NCBI RefSeq assembly: GCF_001447785.1
Contig: NW_015163613.1
Location: forward strand, 509,794 to 573,793
Direction of reading: 5' to 3'
Origin: Gekko japonicus
Taxonomy: Eukaryota
Length of the DNA: 64,000 nucleotides
A model generated the notes under the pieces. The model was not told where the DNA came from. It was given only the letters and a program-made list of their open reading frames with translations, and did not search any database. This document shows positions 1-13,600 of the stretch, one piece after another (the first letter of the stretch is position 1; each line of letters opens with the position of its first letter). The position numbers were made by a program, and so were the translations under genes.

Positions 1-1204
1 TGACATCATTCTCCTCTCCCAACTGAAAATTCCAACTGCCTTGCAGGGGGGGGTGTGAGTTTGAGGTGTGGAATGGAGTGTAGTCCAATCAGCTTCCATA
101 TGTAAATGACCTTGGAACGCTGGCCGGGACTGCACAAAGCAGCCAATGAACCCAACCAGTGTCTTCCGAGTGGCAGTTTTTTCGGCCTAACACTAAAGGG
201 GCCAATTTTAGAATTCTGGCACCCAAAACTCTTTTATAATAAGGGAGAGATTTATGATTTCATAATTTTTGTGTAAAGTCTTCAAACTTATTTTTAAAGG
301 AAATTTCTGTTTCTTTAAAAAAAAAAACCACAATGGAAATGGGTCCGCACCCCAAAAGAGGTACTATTCCAAACTCCATCAATCTAATTAATCCCATTCT
401 GCCCAGCTGCATTTTTCGCTGACTCAGAGTGGATTTTCCAACAAGGAGGTCTCCAGCCCTTTTCTTAGAGCTGATAGTAGGAAATATTGTTCCATAAGTT
501 GGCCATAAATATGTGTGTTGGCCATTTGTTACTATAATAGTGCTTTTCTATTGTTTTTAAAATGAAGAACTCATTTTATGACCATTAAGGAAACTCAGTT
601 CCACTATATAATGTATTTGTGCATTGTTATCTGTGTTTCAAGTGGGTCAGCAAAGGGCAGGCCTATTAAGAGACCTGCCTAAGGTCACAGAGCTAGCTGG
701 TAACAGAGATGGCAAGGCAGTAATTCTACCAGCTGTCTCAGATATTTAGGCCACTAAATGGCACACTGGCTTTTTTATCTAATCTGGATAAGTGGGTCAC
801 TGAGGTGAGTCAGGATATCAGGTCAGTTCCTGCCATGCTTGCTTGTTCTTTATCTTTATGTCTATTTAAAAGTGCTTATCATAAAAAGACAGGTGGGGGA
901 GGGATGGTATTCAAAGCAGATGAGATGTCATCTGTAGCTGTCACTGGTAATGAATATCCCAATTTATGGACATGAATTGTTTCCCTCACTGGGGATTATC
1001 ACTAGGGTTGAGCCAAAAAAGACACAAAACTGACATGGGTGAATCCATCACTGTTATCACTAATCATTTTGTTAGTGTTAGGAACAGAGCAGGGAATACA
1101 TCAAGGAAGTAATGTTAGTTTTGCTTCATAAAGTGAGCACAGGGTTACTCCTCTTTTCAGTGAGCTTTTCCTTTTTGGGTTGTTGTTTTTTAATTCTTTT
1201 TCTT

Positions 1205-1428
1205 GTGTGTGTGTGTGCGCGTGCACACCTGGAAGTCATGGTGACCTCTGGTGACTGACCCTTACTGGGGGTCTGGAGGATATTCAGAGAGGTGGCTGAA
1301 TAAAGCCTGCCCCTGCCTTCCAACTGCTGGTATTTCAAGGAGGTCTCCCATCCAAATATTTGCCAGGGTCGACCCTGCTTAGCTTCTGAGACCTGATGAG
1401 ATCGGGCTTGCCTGGGCTATCCAGGTCA
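1205..1428 (-). mobile_element. 5S rRNA-derived SINE (SINE3 / 5S-Sauria-like) with (CA)n tail
   Basis: The minus strand reads GCCCGATCTCATC...GAAGCTAAGCAGGGTCG...TTGGATGGGAGACC, i.e. 5S box A and box C, followed by a non-5S tail. Confidence 0.85.
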
Positions 1429-1459
1429 GATCAAAGCAAAGTGAGCTTAAGATAGCAAC

Positions 1460-4340
1460 CGGATCAGAGCCTTGAGAAAGAGCTCTGCCTGGACTTTTTA
1501 CAATTTCTAGTTAATGAAGCAAAAAAGAGCCCAGCTAACCCCCAGAAGATCAGAGGGCAGTCTAGAACTCTTTCAGGAACCCGTGGAACTGAATAGTCCA
1601 GCTGGTGCCAAATGTGGAGAACTGAGAGGAGGAAGAGAGACATGGAAGGTTTTCTGGAAGCCTCCTTGGAGTGGCCTGAGCTGTCTCATGCTGCAGTGTT
1701 TCTCAATCTACACTGACACCCTCTACTCTTACCGCGGGGGTTTTGAACCCTACAACGGCATCTCCTGCTTTAGACATAGCCCTGCAGGCCATAGCAAAGA
1801 TCAGCTGCATTACAGTAAGATCCAGCGGCACCCTATTGTTTGGGGCAACATTTTCCATGGCAACATTTTGGCTGCTCCCGGCCACCCTTGTCCCAGGGAG
1901 TTGGTGGTTATAGTGGGACTCCGTTGGTGGCTTGAGAGCTTGTGGAGTCCTTCAGTTTGGACAACTCCAATGCTGGGGATACCATGCTGCAGATGTGGAG
2001 ATATGTTGTGTTAGCAGCGTCTCCAGCTGGCCCAGAGGAGTTGATAAAGGATTAGACTGTTTGGGCACACCCTGGCCCCTAGAACTGACTCTGATTGTGC
2101 TGGGGGTGTTTGGCCATGCCCAGGGTTCCTTGGGCATCCATGTTTGTGCAGACATGTGTGCTCAGGGGTGGTTGGGCCTGGACTATCTCCTTAGGGGCCC
2201 AGAGTGGACCGTTGAGTGTCAAGAGTGGAAGGATGGAATTTGGATGTCTTCTATTGTATGGCTCCCTACCCTACTGAAACCCAGCAGAATATCCTGGATT
2301 TTTGTCATCATTGACTGCTCCTGCTGCACACAAAACATTTATTGGCTCCCCAGTTACATCTATTGGTGCTGTAAATTCTTCAAGTTGCTTCATAGAATAT
2401 TGAGTTTTTAATTAGTTTAGGGTTGAGGACCTAGTTTAATTTGATAGAATTAGACAGTGGGGTTGGGAGTTTTTTTTTCTTCCACTCAACATTTAAATTT
2501 ATTTAGCCTTATTAGCAGGTGGGAGGGGATAGTAAGTAGAGAGGATTAGGTGGGAGGATTATTGATTGGGGTGTTGTGTGATCTGTCTAATTAGAGTTGT
2601 ATGTTACTATTGATTGTAAATTAGTATTTATCTGGTTTGTTTAATTGCTGTGTTGCAGGTTGTGCTGTGGGCAGGGAGCGGAGTAGGGGAATGGATGCCG
2701 GTGACAACTTACAGGGTTCCAGTACTGGGCTGGGGTTCCCAATGATTGGGTGCAGGAGGAGGTATGGCAGTGGGAGAAGGTCTTGGAAGGGAAGGAGGCA
2801 AAGATATGGAGATGCTCAGTCTCCTTCCTACCTTAATCTCATCCCAAGTTACTTGACTATGAAGGCAAGGAATGTTTACCACTCTTCGTCACTCATGTGG
2901 TACAATGCCAAATCCATTAATAATAAGACCAACACTGCATGATTATCTTGCAGTGCAGAATATGGACCTGACTTGTGTGACTGAGACCTGGGTGAGGGAT
3001 GGTGAGACTGCCGCCCTACAAGAACTGACCTCTCCCCCCAGGTTTCTTGGTCCTTCACCAGTCACAAACTCAGGGGCAGAGGGGTTTGCCTTACTCAACC
3101 GGGAGGGTTTCTCCTTCAGGCCTCTCTCCGCACCAAAGAGGTATTGATTGTGTTGGCTTGGTGTGGGATGCTGAGGAGAGCTTGGGTGTCTGCTTAGTGT
3201 ACTGACCACCTAGCACACTGGCAGACAGCCTACAGAGCCTGTTGGAGGTGGTGACTCAGTGGGTTTTGGAGTTCCCGAGATTATTGGTTCTTGGGGACTT
3301 CAGCATCCATGAAGATGGAGCCACCACCACCAATTGGGCTTCAGACCTAGTGTCTTTCATGGCAGCACTGGGGCTTTCCCAAATTGTATCAAATCCCACA
3401 CATCAAGCAGGCCACATCCTGGATCTGATCTTTGGCATGGGGATGAATGTGGAGCTGGCTTCGAGGGAAGAGGTACCATGGTCAGACCACTTGGTCTTGA
3501 AGACCGAGCAGGGTGTCTCAGCCCTCCCTGTCTAGGCAGCAAGTGGATTTATGCTCACCTGTGGAGACTAATGGATCTGTGGGATCCAATGCCTTGTGGT
3601 GCATCATTGGATGAGCTGGTAGAGGACTTGAGTGTCCATCTCTCTGAAGCCATTGATGAGGTTGCCCCCTGAAATCCTCTCTGTTCCTGTCATCGAATGT
3701 CCCCCTGGTATATGGAAGAACTCAGGGGAATGAAGTGAGAACTCAGACAACTTGAGCAAGTCGGGCAGCGTGTTCGTAACAAAGCTACAAGAACATCTTA
3801 TAGGATATTTATGAGGTCCTATGAGGTGGCAGTGAAGGCTACATAGAATGAGTTCGACTCGGCCTCCATTGCTTCCACAAGCTCATGCCTGACACAATTG
3901 TTTAGGGTAGTTCGGCAATTGGCATCCCTCTCAGGAGGGACCCAAAATAGTAGTAATTTGGCCATTAGCTTTGAGGCTTTTGTGAGCTTTTTTGCAGAAC
4001 AAGTCCTGTCAGTCCACTGTGACTTGCCTGCCAGCATTAATACAGCAAGTGAACTGGAGGTCCCTTGGCTTGTCTCTGGATTCAGTCTTAGACAACTTCA
4101 GCCTGCTGTCCTCTGCTGATTTGACAGGATCCTGGGTGCTGTTTGACCGAACACATGCCCCCTGGATCTGTGTCTCTCATGGCTAGTGAAGGCTGGTGAT
4201 GAGAGGTTATGGGGCCCACTGGAGGACATTATCAGTCTGTTCCTGGAAACAGGGGTCTTTCCAGACGGTCTTAAGGAGGCTGTGGTCTTATCACTTTTAA
4301 AGAAACTGTCACTGGATCTATATGATCCAGCCAATTACCC
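1460..4340 (+). mobile_element. Decayed L2-clade LINE; endonuclease and pre-RT region at ~2880-4340, 5' part inferred
   Basis: Motifs NAKSINNKT, CVTETW, LVLGDFSIH, THQAGHILDL, WSDH and LKEAVVLSLLKK...DPANY spread over broken frames. The 5' boundary is uncertain. Confidence 0.8.
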
Positions 4341-4379
4341 ACATGCCCTGCCCTGCCCTGCTGCACAGACAGCACTGTA

Positions 4380-4540
4380 GCCAGCAAAAGGAGTTTATAT
4401 CGCTGTCTGGACTGTTAATTTATTAATCTACCTTGACACAGAGAGTATTCCATCTTTCTGTGTTTATACCTCTGAGGATGCCAGTCACAGTTACTGGCAA
4501 AACGTCAGGTTCTACAACGGCCACACATCCCGGAAGGTTG
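4380..4540 (+). mobile_element. Penelope-like element terminal fragment
   Basis: CTGAGGATGCCAG...CTGGCAAAACGTCAGG resembles the hammerhead-bearing Penelope terminus. Confidence 0.55.
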
Positions 4541-4694
4541 TAAATCGTCCAGAGCCTGCTTGCAGAGTGGGTGATTCATAAATATAAATAAAAAATATAA
4601 ATATTGCAGAGATTGTTGTTGGGCACTGTTATTCCACTTTGATCTGTTTTTCCATGAGGAAGGAGCCTGATGTAATAAGAGCCCTGCTGGATCT

Positions 4695-5098
4695 ACCTAA
4701 ACTGAAAAGTCCCAGATCCTTCAGCCTTTCCTTATAGGGAAGATGCTCCAACCCTGACATAATTTTGGTTGCCCTCCTCTGCACTTTTTCCAGCTCTGCA
4801 ATGTCCTTTTGAAAATACAGGGACCAGAACTGTACACAGTATTCCAAATGAAACTGCACCATAGAGCTATACAGGGGCGCTACAATACCAGGCATTTTAT
4901 TTTCAATCCCTTTCCTAATAATCCCTAACATAGAGTTTGTATTTTTCACTGCTGCAGCACACTGGGTTGACACTTTCATTGAGCTATCCACCACAACCCC
5001 AAGATCTTTTCCCCTCTCAGTTTCAGCAAGTTCAGACCCCATTAGCCTATACTTGAAGTTGGGATTTTTTTGTCCCACTGTGCATCACTTTACACTTA
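4695..5098 (-). mobile_element. CR1 LINE RT C-terminal fragment
   Basis: KDLGVVVD, QCAAAVK, HLEYCVQFW, LEKVQRRATK, YKERLKDLGLFSL. Confidence 0.92.
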
Positions 5099-5704
5099 CT
5101 GAGAAGTTAACTCCTTTTGTATATGAGAGCTGATATAAATCAACCACTTTTATAGGCTTATGGGAGTTCATATGCATTGTATATAACATTGTATATATAT
5201 TGTACAAGAAATGTTTTAAAGTACATGTTGTATTTCAAAAGTCATACTTTCTTAAACTATTGTTATGTATTCAAAATACTGTTGAATCAGCTAAAAGGGG
5301 GGCATTTTAGGTCATGTGAATTCTGTAAATATAGGATCAAATAAATTGAGGTGAAGCTGGAAAGTAAACTCCAGATGGTGGTGCTCAAAACAGAGACCTG
5401 ATTCTTAGATTAAAACTGCTACTGATGTAGGACATATTCTAATGTCCACATACATCCCGACAACACCAGCCATGCATAGTTTATTTCAGACATGCCCAAT
5501 TGTGCTGCAGAAATACCAGCTATCTTTGAGGAAAGAGATGACTGACAAGCACTTTAGTTCAATTCAGGTGGGTAGCCATGTTGGGCTGAAGCAGCAGAAC
5601 AAAGTCCAAGTCCAGTGGCACTTTTAAGACCGACAAAATTTTATTCAAGGTATAGCTTCCATGTGCACGCACATCTGAAGAAGTTGTTCAAGCACTTTAA
5701 CGTT

Positions 5705-5989
5705 AGGGATGGGCACAAACTGCATTCTTTTTTTTTTGCAGTTTGTGCCCATCCCTAACTGAACCATGAACCAGTAGGCCAGTTCATGAACCAAACTGAT
5801 TTATATCCATTCATGAGATATTTCAAGTTCAAACCCCTGCTTTCTCCTCTTCACAAACCACCATAATCTGCATCAATATTTGTGGTAGTTCATGGCAGCT
5901 CTTCAGTTCATGAAAGTCACTTCCCAAACTATGAACCAGCCAGAATTTGTAATGAACTTTAGTTCATGAGCCGGTTTGTGCCCATCCCT
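5705..5989. mobile_element. hAT-like MITE with AGGGATGGGCACAAAC TIRs and an extra internal TIR copy
   Basis: TIR copies at 5705-5720, 5741-5756 and 5974-5989; GAACCA/GTTCATG subterminal repeats. Confidence 0.7.
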
Positions 5990-6495
5990 GTTTAGTGTAT
6001 TATGACCCTGCTGTGATACCCCCACATCATGAAAGGTTTTTTATTGACCTCCATGTGCGGGCTGTAAATGCTGAAGTGGCCATTAGGCTGGTGTTTTCTC
6101 AGCATTTGGCATGTAGAAGTGCCCTAAAATGCATTTCAGTCAAATAATCAGGTTTCCAACAGCTATCTAGCAGGCAAGTGTTGTGCTGTGCTCTACAACT
6201 TGACTTTAATTAACACGCCAAAATAGTTTTCACAGAGTTTTAGTTCAAGAATGCTCAAATATGTGGAACTGTAGCAACTGTAGCAGTTTTGAAATTGTAG
6301 TTATATACTCTGTTCACTAGGCAAATGTTCCTCAAAGCATATGCTAGCACATCTGTTCTTTCCCCAAAATTCTTATTGGGTGGCTGGATGTTTAAAGTAT
6401 AGTGATGAGTCAAATAAATCTCTAACAACACTTACACAGCCCAGTACAAACCACTGACATGGGGAGGTGGCACAGGATTACAAATTATTACAGCC

Positions 6496-8204
6496 TTATT
6501 AAAACAAGGAATTCTGGGTCAAGAACAAATAGGTTTTTGTAAAGGAGAATCTACCCTAAATCACTGCATGACATGCACCTTGTAAATAAGTATAAGAGAC
6601 AAAAAGGCACCAAAGTATATGCAGCCTTTTTAGATCTAAAAGGTGCTTTCGATTCAATCATAAGAGAACGTCAATGGAAAAAACTTAAGTTGATGAGGAT
6701 GGAAGCAAGGCTTTTATATTTAATAACGAAGCTTCATCATAATATTACCTGCCAAGTTAGACTTAACAACGCTGGTGACCTGACAAAATTCCAATTAATA
6801 TAAAAGTCAAACAGGATTGCCTTCTAGTGCCTTTTCCATTCAAACTGTTTATAAATGATTAGCACCCACCTGAGATCTGATCCATGGTCACAGCCCTAAA
6901 CTTGGCTCGATCCATACCCCTTTACTCCTTTATGCCGACGACACAGTGTTATTGTCCCTAACCCATATAGGGTTGAAACGCCTGCTGAAGAGCTTTGTAG
7001 ATTATTGTGAAAAGAATAGGCTAGTTCTGAATTTTGAAAAATCCAGAATTATGATCTTCAGCAAGAGCTGGAAGCCATCTAGATGGAACATCAGAGGACA
7101 TTTTATTGAACAAGTCAAAAGCTGAGCCGCTTCGGCGGGAGGGCGGGGTAAAAGTCTAACAAATAAAAATAAAAATAATAAATAAGTACTTGGATATCCA
7201 CTTTTACTATAACACCAGATGGGTCTATCATATAGAGAGAACAATTGAGGCAGTGAACAACATCACTGCAGCTATTATATGTTTCTATTATACCTGGGGC
7301 AACCAGTATGTGCCGGTGGCCCTTAAAGTTTTAATGCCAAATTAGCTGCCAATCTGGATCGGAGCCTTAACTTGGAAGGAATACAGTCCAGATTTTTATG
7401 GAAAATTCTTGGACTTCCCTCGTGTGTTCCCTATGCAGTTCTACACTTAGAAACCAACCAAAGACTTCTATCAACCAGAGCATGGCTGATAACAACTCAG
7501 TTTTGGCGTAAACGTCACTTTCATGCTAAAGCTAAAAATATTATTACTCACATGTTAACTGAGTCCCATCTTTCTCCATGGCTTAGATATGTAGAGGAGA
7601 AACTCTGTACAATGGGAATAGCCCCAGATTTTTTAGCCCCCTTTTCGGATAAACAAGCCTATGCTACTATCAAAGATTTCTCAATATCGAAAGGCAAGAA
7701 CTTAGGGAACGCGCTGCTAGCAGATGCTCCCCAGGTAGGTTGGGGACCTCTTAGGGCTCTATTGCAAAATATCTGTTATGTTTAACAGCCTCACATCTTC
7801 GCAGAGCATACATGCTTGCACGCTTTATAGTTTTGCCATCAGAGATGCTTCTAGGGAGGTACCGCCAGATACCATATGCAGACAGACTTAGTCCTTGTTC
7901 TCTAAAAGATATAGAATTCACTACACACAGCATACTTTATTGTCCCTTTTATAGGGATATTCAATCTCATTTGATTACTCCACTTTTAGATGGTAAGAGT
8001 TGGCATTCTGACGACTCAGTTATCCACTTTCTTCTGTTTAACTCTAATTGTAAAACAATGGAGGCTGTTCCAAAATTTTTACATTATGCAATCAGAAGAC
8101 GGGGTTTGAATAGCCAAAGTGTAAGTGACTGATGTTTCTTGGTATTTTGCTGTATTCCCATAATGTTTTGTCCTCTCAATGCCAATAAAGGTTTGTGTTT
8201 GTTG
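6496..8204 (+). mobile_element. 5'-truncated non-LTR retrotransposon (RTE-X-like), RT plus C-terminal Cys/His region
   Basis: AAFLDLKGAFDSI and LLYADD motifs; AATAAA plus (TTG)n tail; TSD TTACAGCC (6488-6495 and 8205-8212). An L2 tail is inserted at ~7120-7185. Clade assignment is tentative. Confidence 0.78.
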
Positions 8205-8683
8205 TTACAGCCATCATGACATGTCAAATAGATGACAAATGCTTATTTATGTCAAATAAATGTTCAGTGTATTTATTCTGAAGATACAGACTTTGTGCAT
8301 AACTAAAGATCATTATTGTCTACAAAAAGGCATATCTTGACATTTGAGTCTCCTGTTTAAAATGAGCTGGAAATTTTGGACACAGTTTGGTTCTTGGAAG
8401 GTAGTACAACTTACATAACAGAGGTTGTGGTTCCATAATTTCCCATGATTTTAGGTGATTTTCAGCAGCTGTAGAGGCTACATTTCAAAAGAGGAGAACC
8501 AGTGTGGACAGGTCCGGTGCCAGGGGTTTTTTGCACACTAGGTGAGGCTACCTTCTGTCGCCCCCCACCCCATGCGCCCACCAATTTTCAAACATAAATG
8601 CATTTTAGGAAGAATGAAAAATGCAAAATTTGAAATTGCTAATTTCTTTTTTACATTTACAGAGAAAGCCCTGGCCCTATTCT

Positions 8684-8855
8684 CATAAGAACATTAGAGA
8701 AGCCATGTTGGATCAGGCCAATGGCCCTTCCAGTCCAACACTCTGTGTCACACAATGGCCATCAGGAGATCCACCAGCAGGGCCAGAACTTCAGAAGCCC
8801 TCCCACTGTTGCTCCTCACACACTAAGAAGACAGAGCATCGCTGCCCCAGACAGA
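8684..8855 (-). mobile_element. CR1-type 3'UTR/tail fragment
   Basis: CATAAGAACATTAGAGAAGCCATGTTGGATCAGGCC is the reverse complement of a CR1 3' terminus. Confidence 0.65.
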
Positions 8856-10450
8856 GTATTTGTAGAATCACAGCATTAGATTCAGGACCTCCAGGAGACC
8901 TAGGCAGCTAAGTGGGAGAGTTATAATGGTGTTCCACATATCAGACCATAGAGTCTGTATAGGTATTAACTCACTTTCCAATGGGGACATAGACAAATGA
9001 GGGGAGGAGCCAGAGAACCCAGAGGGAGCCTTTGGGACAGGCCAAGGGAAGTTCCATGGCAGGATCCAGGAGCCATGTCTGATGAATGGGAACAAAAAAA
9101 GTATGGAGAACATGATCTATAGTGAGAAGAAGTGAGGGAGATGCCGCTGCTACCTGCTTCTTCTACCAAGAAGGGGGGGCGCCAGGCCAGCAGGGTGCCC
9201 TCATAAAACGGTACTCCTAGCCCTGAGTGTGGAGGAAGTAAGAACATGTAACTGTTTCTTCTTTCTCATTTCCATACCTCAAATTGCCACTCCCAAACTG
9301 TTTTTACTTGTCTTTCTCTCAAAGTGAGGGTAAAATGAGGTTGGGTGGTAATTTTGGTTGAGAATGTTACAGCTCAAATCCCCAAACCATGCTGCTGCAT
9401 TATGTTTTCTTGTTTTGTTGTTTGTAAACTACATATTACACGTAGTCCCTCCCTAAGAGGCTGAGCTACTGATCTGGAAGTCTCAAGTTCAAATCCCCAC
9501 AATTCTTCCAGGACCTCATTAAGTGCTAGCTTAAAGTCTCATTAGGCAGTATGAAGATGACAATACAACATTGTTGTGAGGCTTACAAAGTAATGTATGT
9601 GAACCTTACCACGCTCACGGGGCAATCAAGCTGTATTTTGAATATGCCTATTCACATAGCATTGGATATTCATGGCAGGTGCTTTCAGAATGTTTTCCAT
9701 TCTCTCAGTTTTGTAAAATATTACATGTAGACATTATGTGTATACACTACTGTCTTGGTGTGATTCTGGTGATACCTTTTGGTGGTTTCTTTACTGAATC
9801 TGTAGATGGAAGAATGACTTTCCAAATTATACATATATTTTGACAGTGAGTGTTTGGGGTTGTGGTGAACTATATCCTCTCTTTTTCAGCATTCAGCTAA
9901 ATGAGGAACAATGAGGATCCACAAGTCAGTAGACATTGTGCCACTGAAATCATTCTCTTTCTAGATTTTCCTATCTATAGCTTGGAATAGTTTTGTTCTG
10001 ATCATAACTGCCTTCCACACTGTTTACTGCTATCAAATGCTTCATAGTTGTTGTTTTTTGGGGTGGGTGAGTTAAGTGAGCCAGTTTTCACTGTCATTTT
10101 CTGGCAGTCCCCATTACCACACTCCTCTTAATGAACACATCCACTAACCCTGCACCCAGTTACCATGCAGCAACTTGTACAATCTCCACCACCACAGGCT
10201 GTACCAAAATTTCAGTCAACTCTACCCTCTCAAATTCAAATTTTCACCTTAAAAATACAGTACGAAATGGCATTAATTTTCAACAGTGTTATTTTTAAGG
10301 CAATCAGTAGCAATTGTTTCATTGCTTGGAGATAACAGGAAACAGGGTAGGAAGCTATAGTGAAGAAAGAACAGGAGAACTGCAGATTTTTAGTGATGCT
10401 GTCTGGAACCACCATTATAAACATCAGTTTTATAACAATTGACTGGTGGG

Positions 10451-10659
10451 CAGGGGTCATTTTGGGGGGGACGCGGGGGGACGCTATCCCCCCGGGTGAG
10501 GTGCGGGAGGGTGGGGCCTGGAGCTCCCTGCTGGTGCCCGCTGGAGGTCGCCGCCGGCTGTGGGAAGGACACACTTCCGGTGATGTCAGGGGGTGTGGCA
10601 TATGCTAATGAGTTATGCTAATGAGTCCCCCTAGCTCTTTTTCTACGAAATGACCCCTG
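10451..10659. mobile_element. hAT MITE, CAGGGGTCATTT family
   Basis: TIRs CAGGGGTCATTT/AAATGACCCCTG; 8-bp TSD CTGGTGGG. Confidence 0.9.
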
Positions 10660-13600
10660 CTGGTGGGGAAGAACCTGTTGTTTGTTATTGTACTCTTATG
10701 CTGTTGTAATGATTTTCCTGCTAAATCTAGGGCTGCAGCCATACATCATATAACTAGCAAGCATTCTCCTCTTGAATTGTCTTGTCCAGGCAGAAAAATC
10801 TAGATATGTATATGAAGATAATGCAATGATACTGCAATATCCAGTGATGTGAGGATGCAACAGTTTTTAAAGTCTGCCCTCATCTGCATCTTCAGGAAAA
10901 CTCTGGACTAAAAAAAATTGTAATCTTTTCAGATACGAGTGTCTGTGAAATTGTTTTAGCTGGGTTTGATCTTCACATGACAAAGAATATTAACCTTGTC
11001 TACTTGGATGTAAGTTCCATTGATATTAGTAAGGCTTACATCCAAGGTGAATGGTTGAGATTGTCACATGAAGAGCAAATCTCACAGGTACATCTCTAGA
11101 ATGATTTAGAGCAGCTTTTGTCTTATTAGCATTATGGATTAATGTATGCACAGAAAATACCTTCTTTTCATTGTTTAAACTGTTTTGATACAGAACTTTT
11201 AAAAGTTGTCTTTTTTGGGAAGAACTTTACGAATTGCTAAGAACAACTAGCAAACTAAACAGTTTACAAGTTCCCTTCTCAGTCCCAGTGTTCTTCTCAT
11301 GGCCAAATATATGTATTTGTTAGTGGAGCTAGGAAGAAAACGTTCCTCCAAAATTAGTCTCAGTAATGCTGCAACGAAGAGGAAGGAAAATAAACTGATA
11401 GATAAAATAGAATGGAAGAAATATTTATGGAACAATGAACTATCAAACTATTTCAGTGAATGGAGGAAAGTCTCAACTGAGAGAAATGTATGGTGTATAG
11501 AACAGGGTTTTGTTTTAGTTAAACTTAAGGGGTCCATTGTTTTTAAGGATATCCATCTATCCTTACAATATGCTAATCTCTCAGCAAGGGTTTGAACATT
11601 CACAGTAATTAGGGAGGAAATAGTGGAGTTCAGTTAGATGTCTGTGACTTACTAGAGGATGTGCTGATGGCTGTTGAGATTTTTGTAGCCTGGACGTCTA
11701 TAATCCTTAAGGAATCCTTTCCCCGCTTTGACTTACTTATGAGACTTTCTTCTTAAAAAATCTTGCATGCTGTCTATAAGCTCAAGACTTCAGTATGCTT
11801 TAAAAGCAAGTATCAGCAAATTCAAACCAACCCACTGAGTTTCCCTGGGCATTAATACCATGTGAGCTCACACCCCATTAGCTTAACTGTATAGAAACTA
11901 TTTAGTAAAAGCTGAATGCACAGAGGACAAAATGCATCCCACCTAATAGGAATATTTGCTTTCTTCAAAAGCCATTGTATGTGCTGTAAGCCAAAGCCAA
12001 CATCACCCCTTATATACTTCCCCTAAGATTAATTGAATTTACCTGCCGAATAGCATGAGATATTTCTTGTCAAAACTAATACAACCCCTTCCTGGCCCAG
12101 TGCATAATTTACAGGGAAATTTATCTCTCTGCTGCTTATTTTTTCTTGCCTTCCTAATTTCCCAGTTTCAGTGCTAAGTAGTGCATGTATACATAACTAG
12201 TTTGAAAATGGTATACTGATGTTTAACAGAATTCTTGCTAGAAACTCAGGTCTTTAGTAGGCCACTGGATCCTAAGAAGACAGAAATCCCTGGATATGAT
12301 TATCTTTCTTCCGCAAAGTTGTAATAGAAATAACTCTCCATTTCTTTTTGGCAAAATTGGCATCCAGTGTGATTTGTCCTTTCAGTGCTGCTTGTAAGAA
12401 GCCAAAATTGTCCTCTATCAAAACTGATAAGTGAGAAGACAGTGGGGAGTGCAATTTTATTTTGTTAACGGCAAAGCTGCCAGCAGTTCCAGCTTGTTTA
12501 CATCTAGACTGCCTTGCTCCATAGCTTTTCTGTTTCTATCCAGATAGTCACAAATACATTGTAGATGAGGCTGTCTCTGTAAAAATCTGCATGATGTAAT
12601 ATATTGTGAGTGTTAAAGAGAAAAAGCTGGATATTTCATTAGGCTATTTTCGCATGTATAGGATTTCAGTGGCTTTAAAAGTGAACTTTAACTTGACCAT
12701 CTCTCTGTAGACGTTTTGGCAGGATTGGTTGTAAATTCTGCAAAATAGAAAAGCTCTGGGGTGACTAGGATGAGAGCTGCTACAATTCTAAGATACTCAT
12801 TACCTTCTACAGTAAAAATGTCTAAGAGTTTAGCTCTATTTTAAGAAGATCATAGAGACTGGTTTTCATTAAAAACATACAAAATGTGGAAATGCAAATA
12901 TATTTCTCAAATAAGGAGAAAATAGAACATTGTGATAAATCATTGTAGGAAGCATTCATATAACCAAATTCCAGTTGTATGGCACAAGTCTTGGAAGACT
13001 TTGGCCTCATGCATGCAAAAATTGAAAAATTCAGGTTTCTAACAAACCACAATTTGTTGTAACCTCTAAATTAGCCAAAATGCAAATGGTACTTGTTTCT
13101 TCCTTAAACACCAGCATTACAGAATTTAAACATAAGTTTCCCCCCAAATTGTGGGTGTTCCTGTATTGCTTATTCCCCTTTTTAAAGTCCTTTTAAAAAC
13201 AACTTTTTAACGTAATTGATGCAGAAATGGGTAAATGTAACAGGAAAACTTGGTGCAAGTAAAACAGAAAACAGCAGAAAACAAAAACTTATAGACTTGG
13301 CTCAAACAACACATAAGAAAACTACAAAACAGGAATTTTTAAGTGCAATCCTATCTAAGGTTATACCTGTTTAAACCCATTGATTCCAATGGTTATTGAC
13401 TGGATTAACTTTACATGGCATGGCACTGTCACATTCATATATCAAAGGTCCCAGCATTTCCCAGATGATAAGAAAGATGCATCTCCTGAAATTTTAGGAA
13501 GTATTCCTAATTAAAAAGCAGAAATCTTTCTATTCATGAGCCATACATGAATGAGGGAGGAGGAAGCATATGAACTCAAGGAGTTCTGAAATGTGTTCTC

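Noticed and set aside
1325-1410. 5S rRNA gene
   Set aside because: It is diverged, lacks proper 5S ends, and continues into a SINE body with a (CA)n tail.
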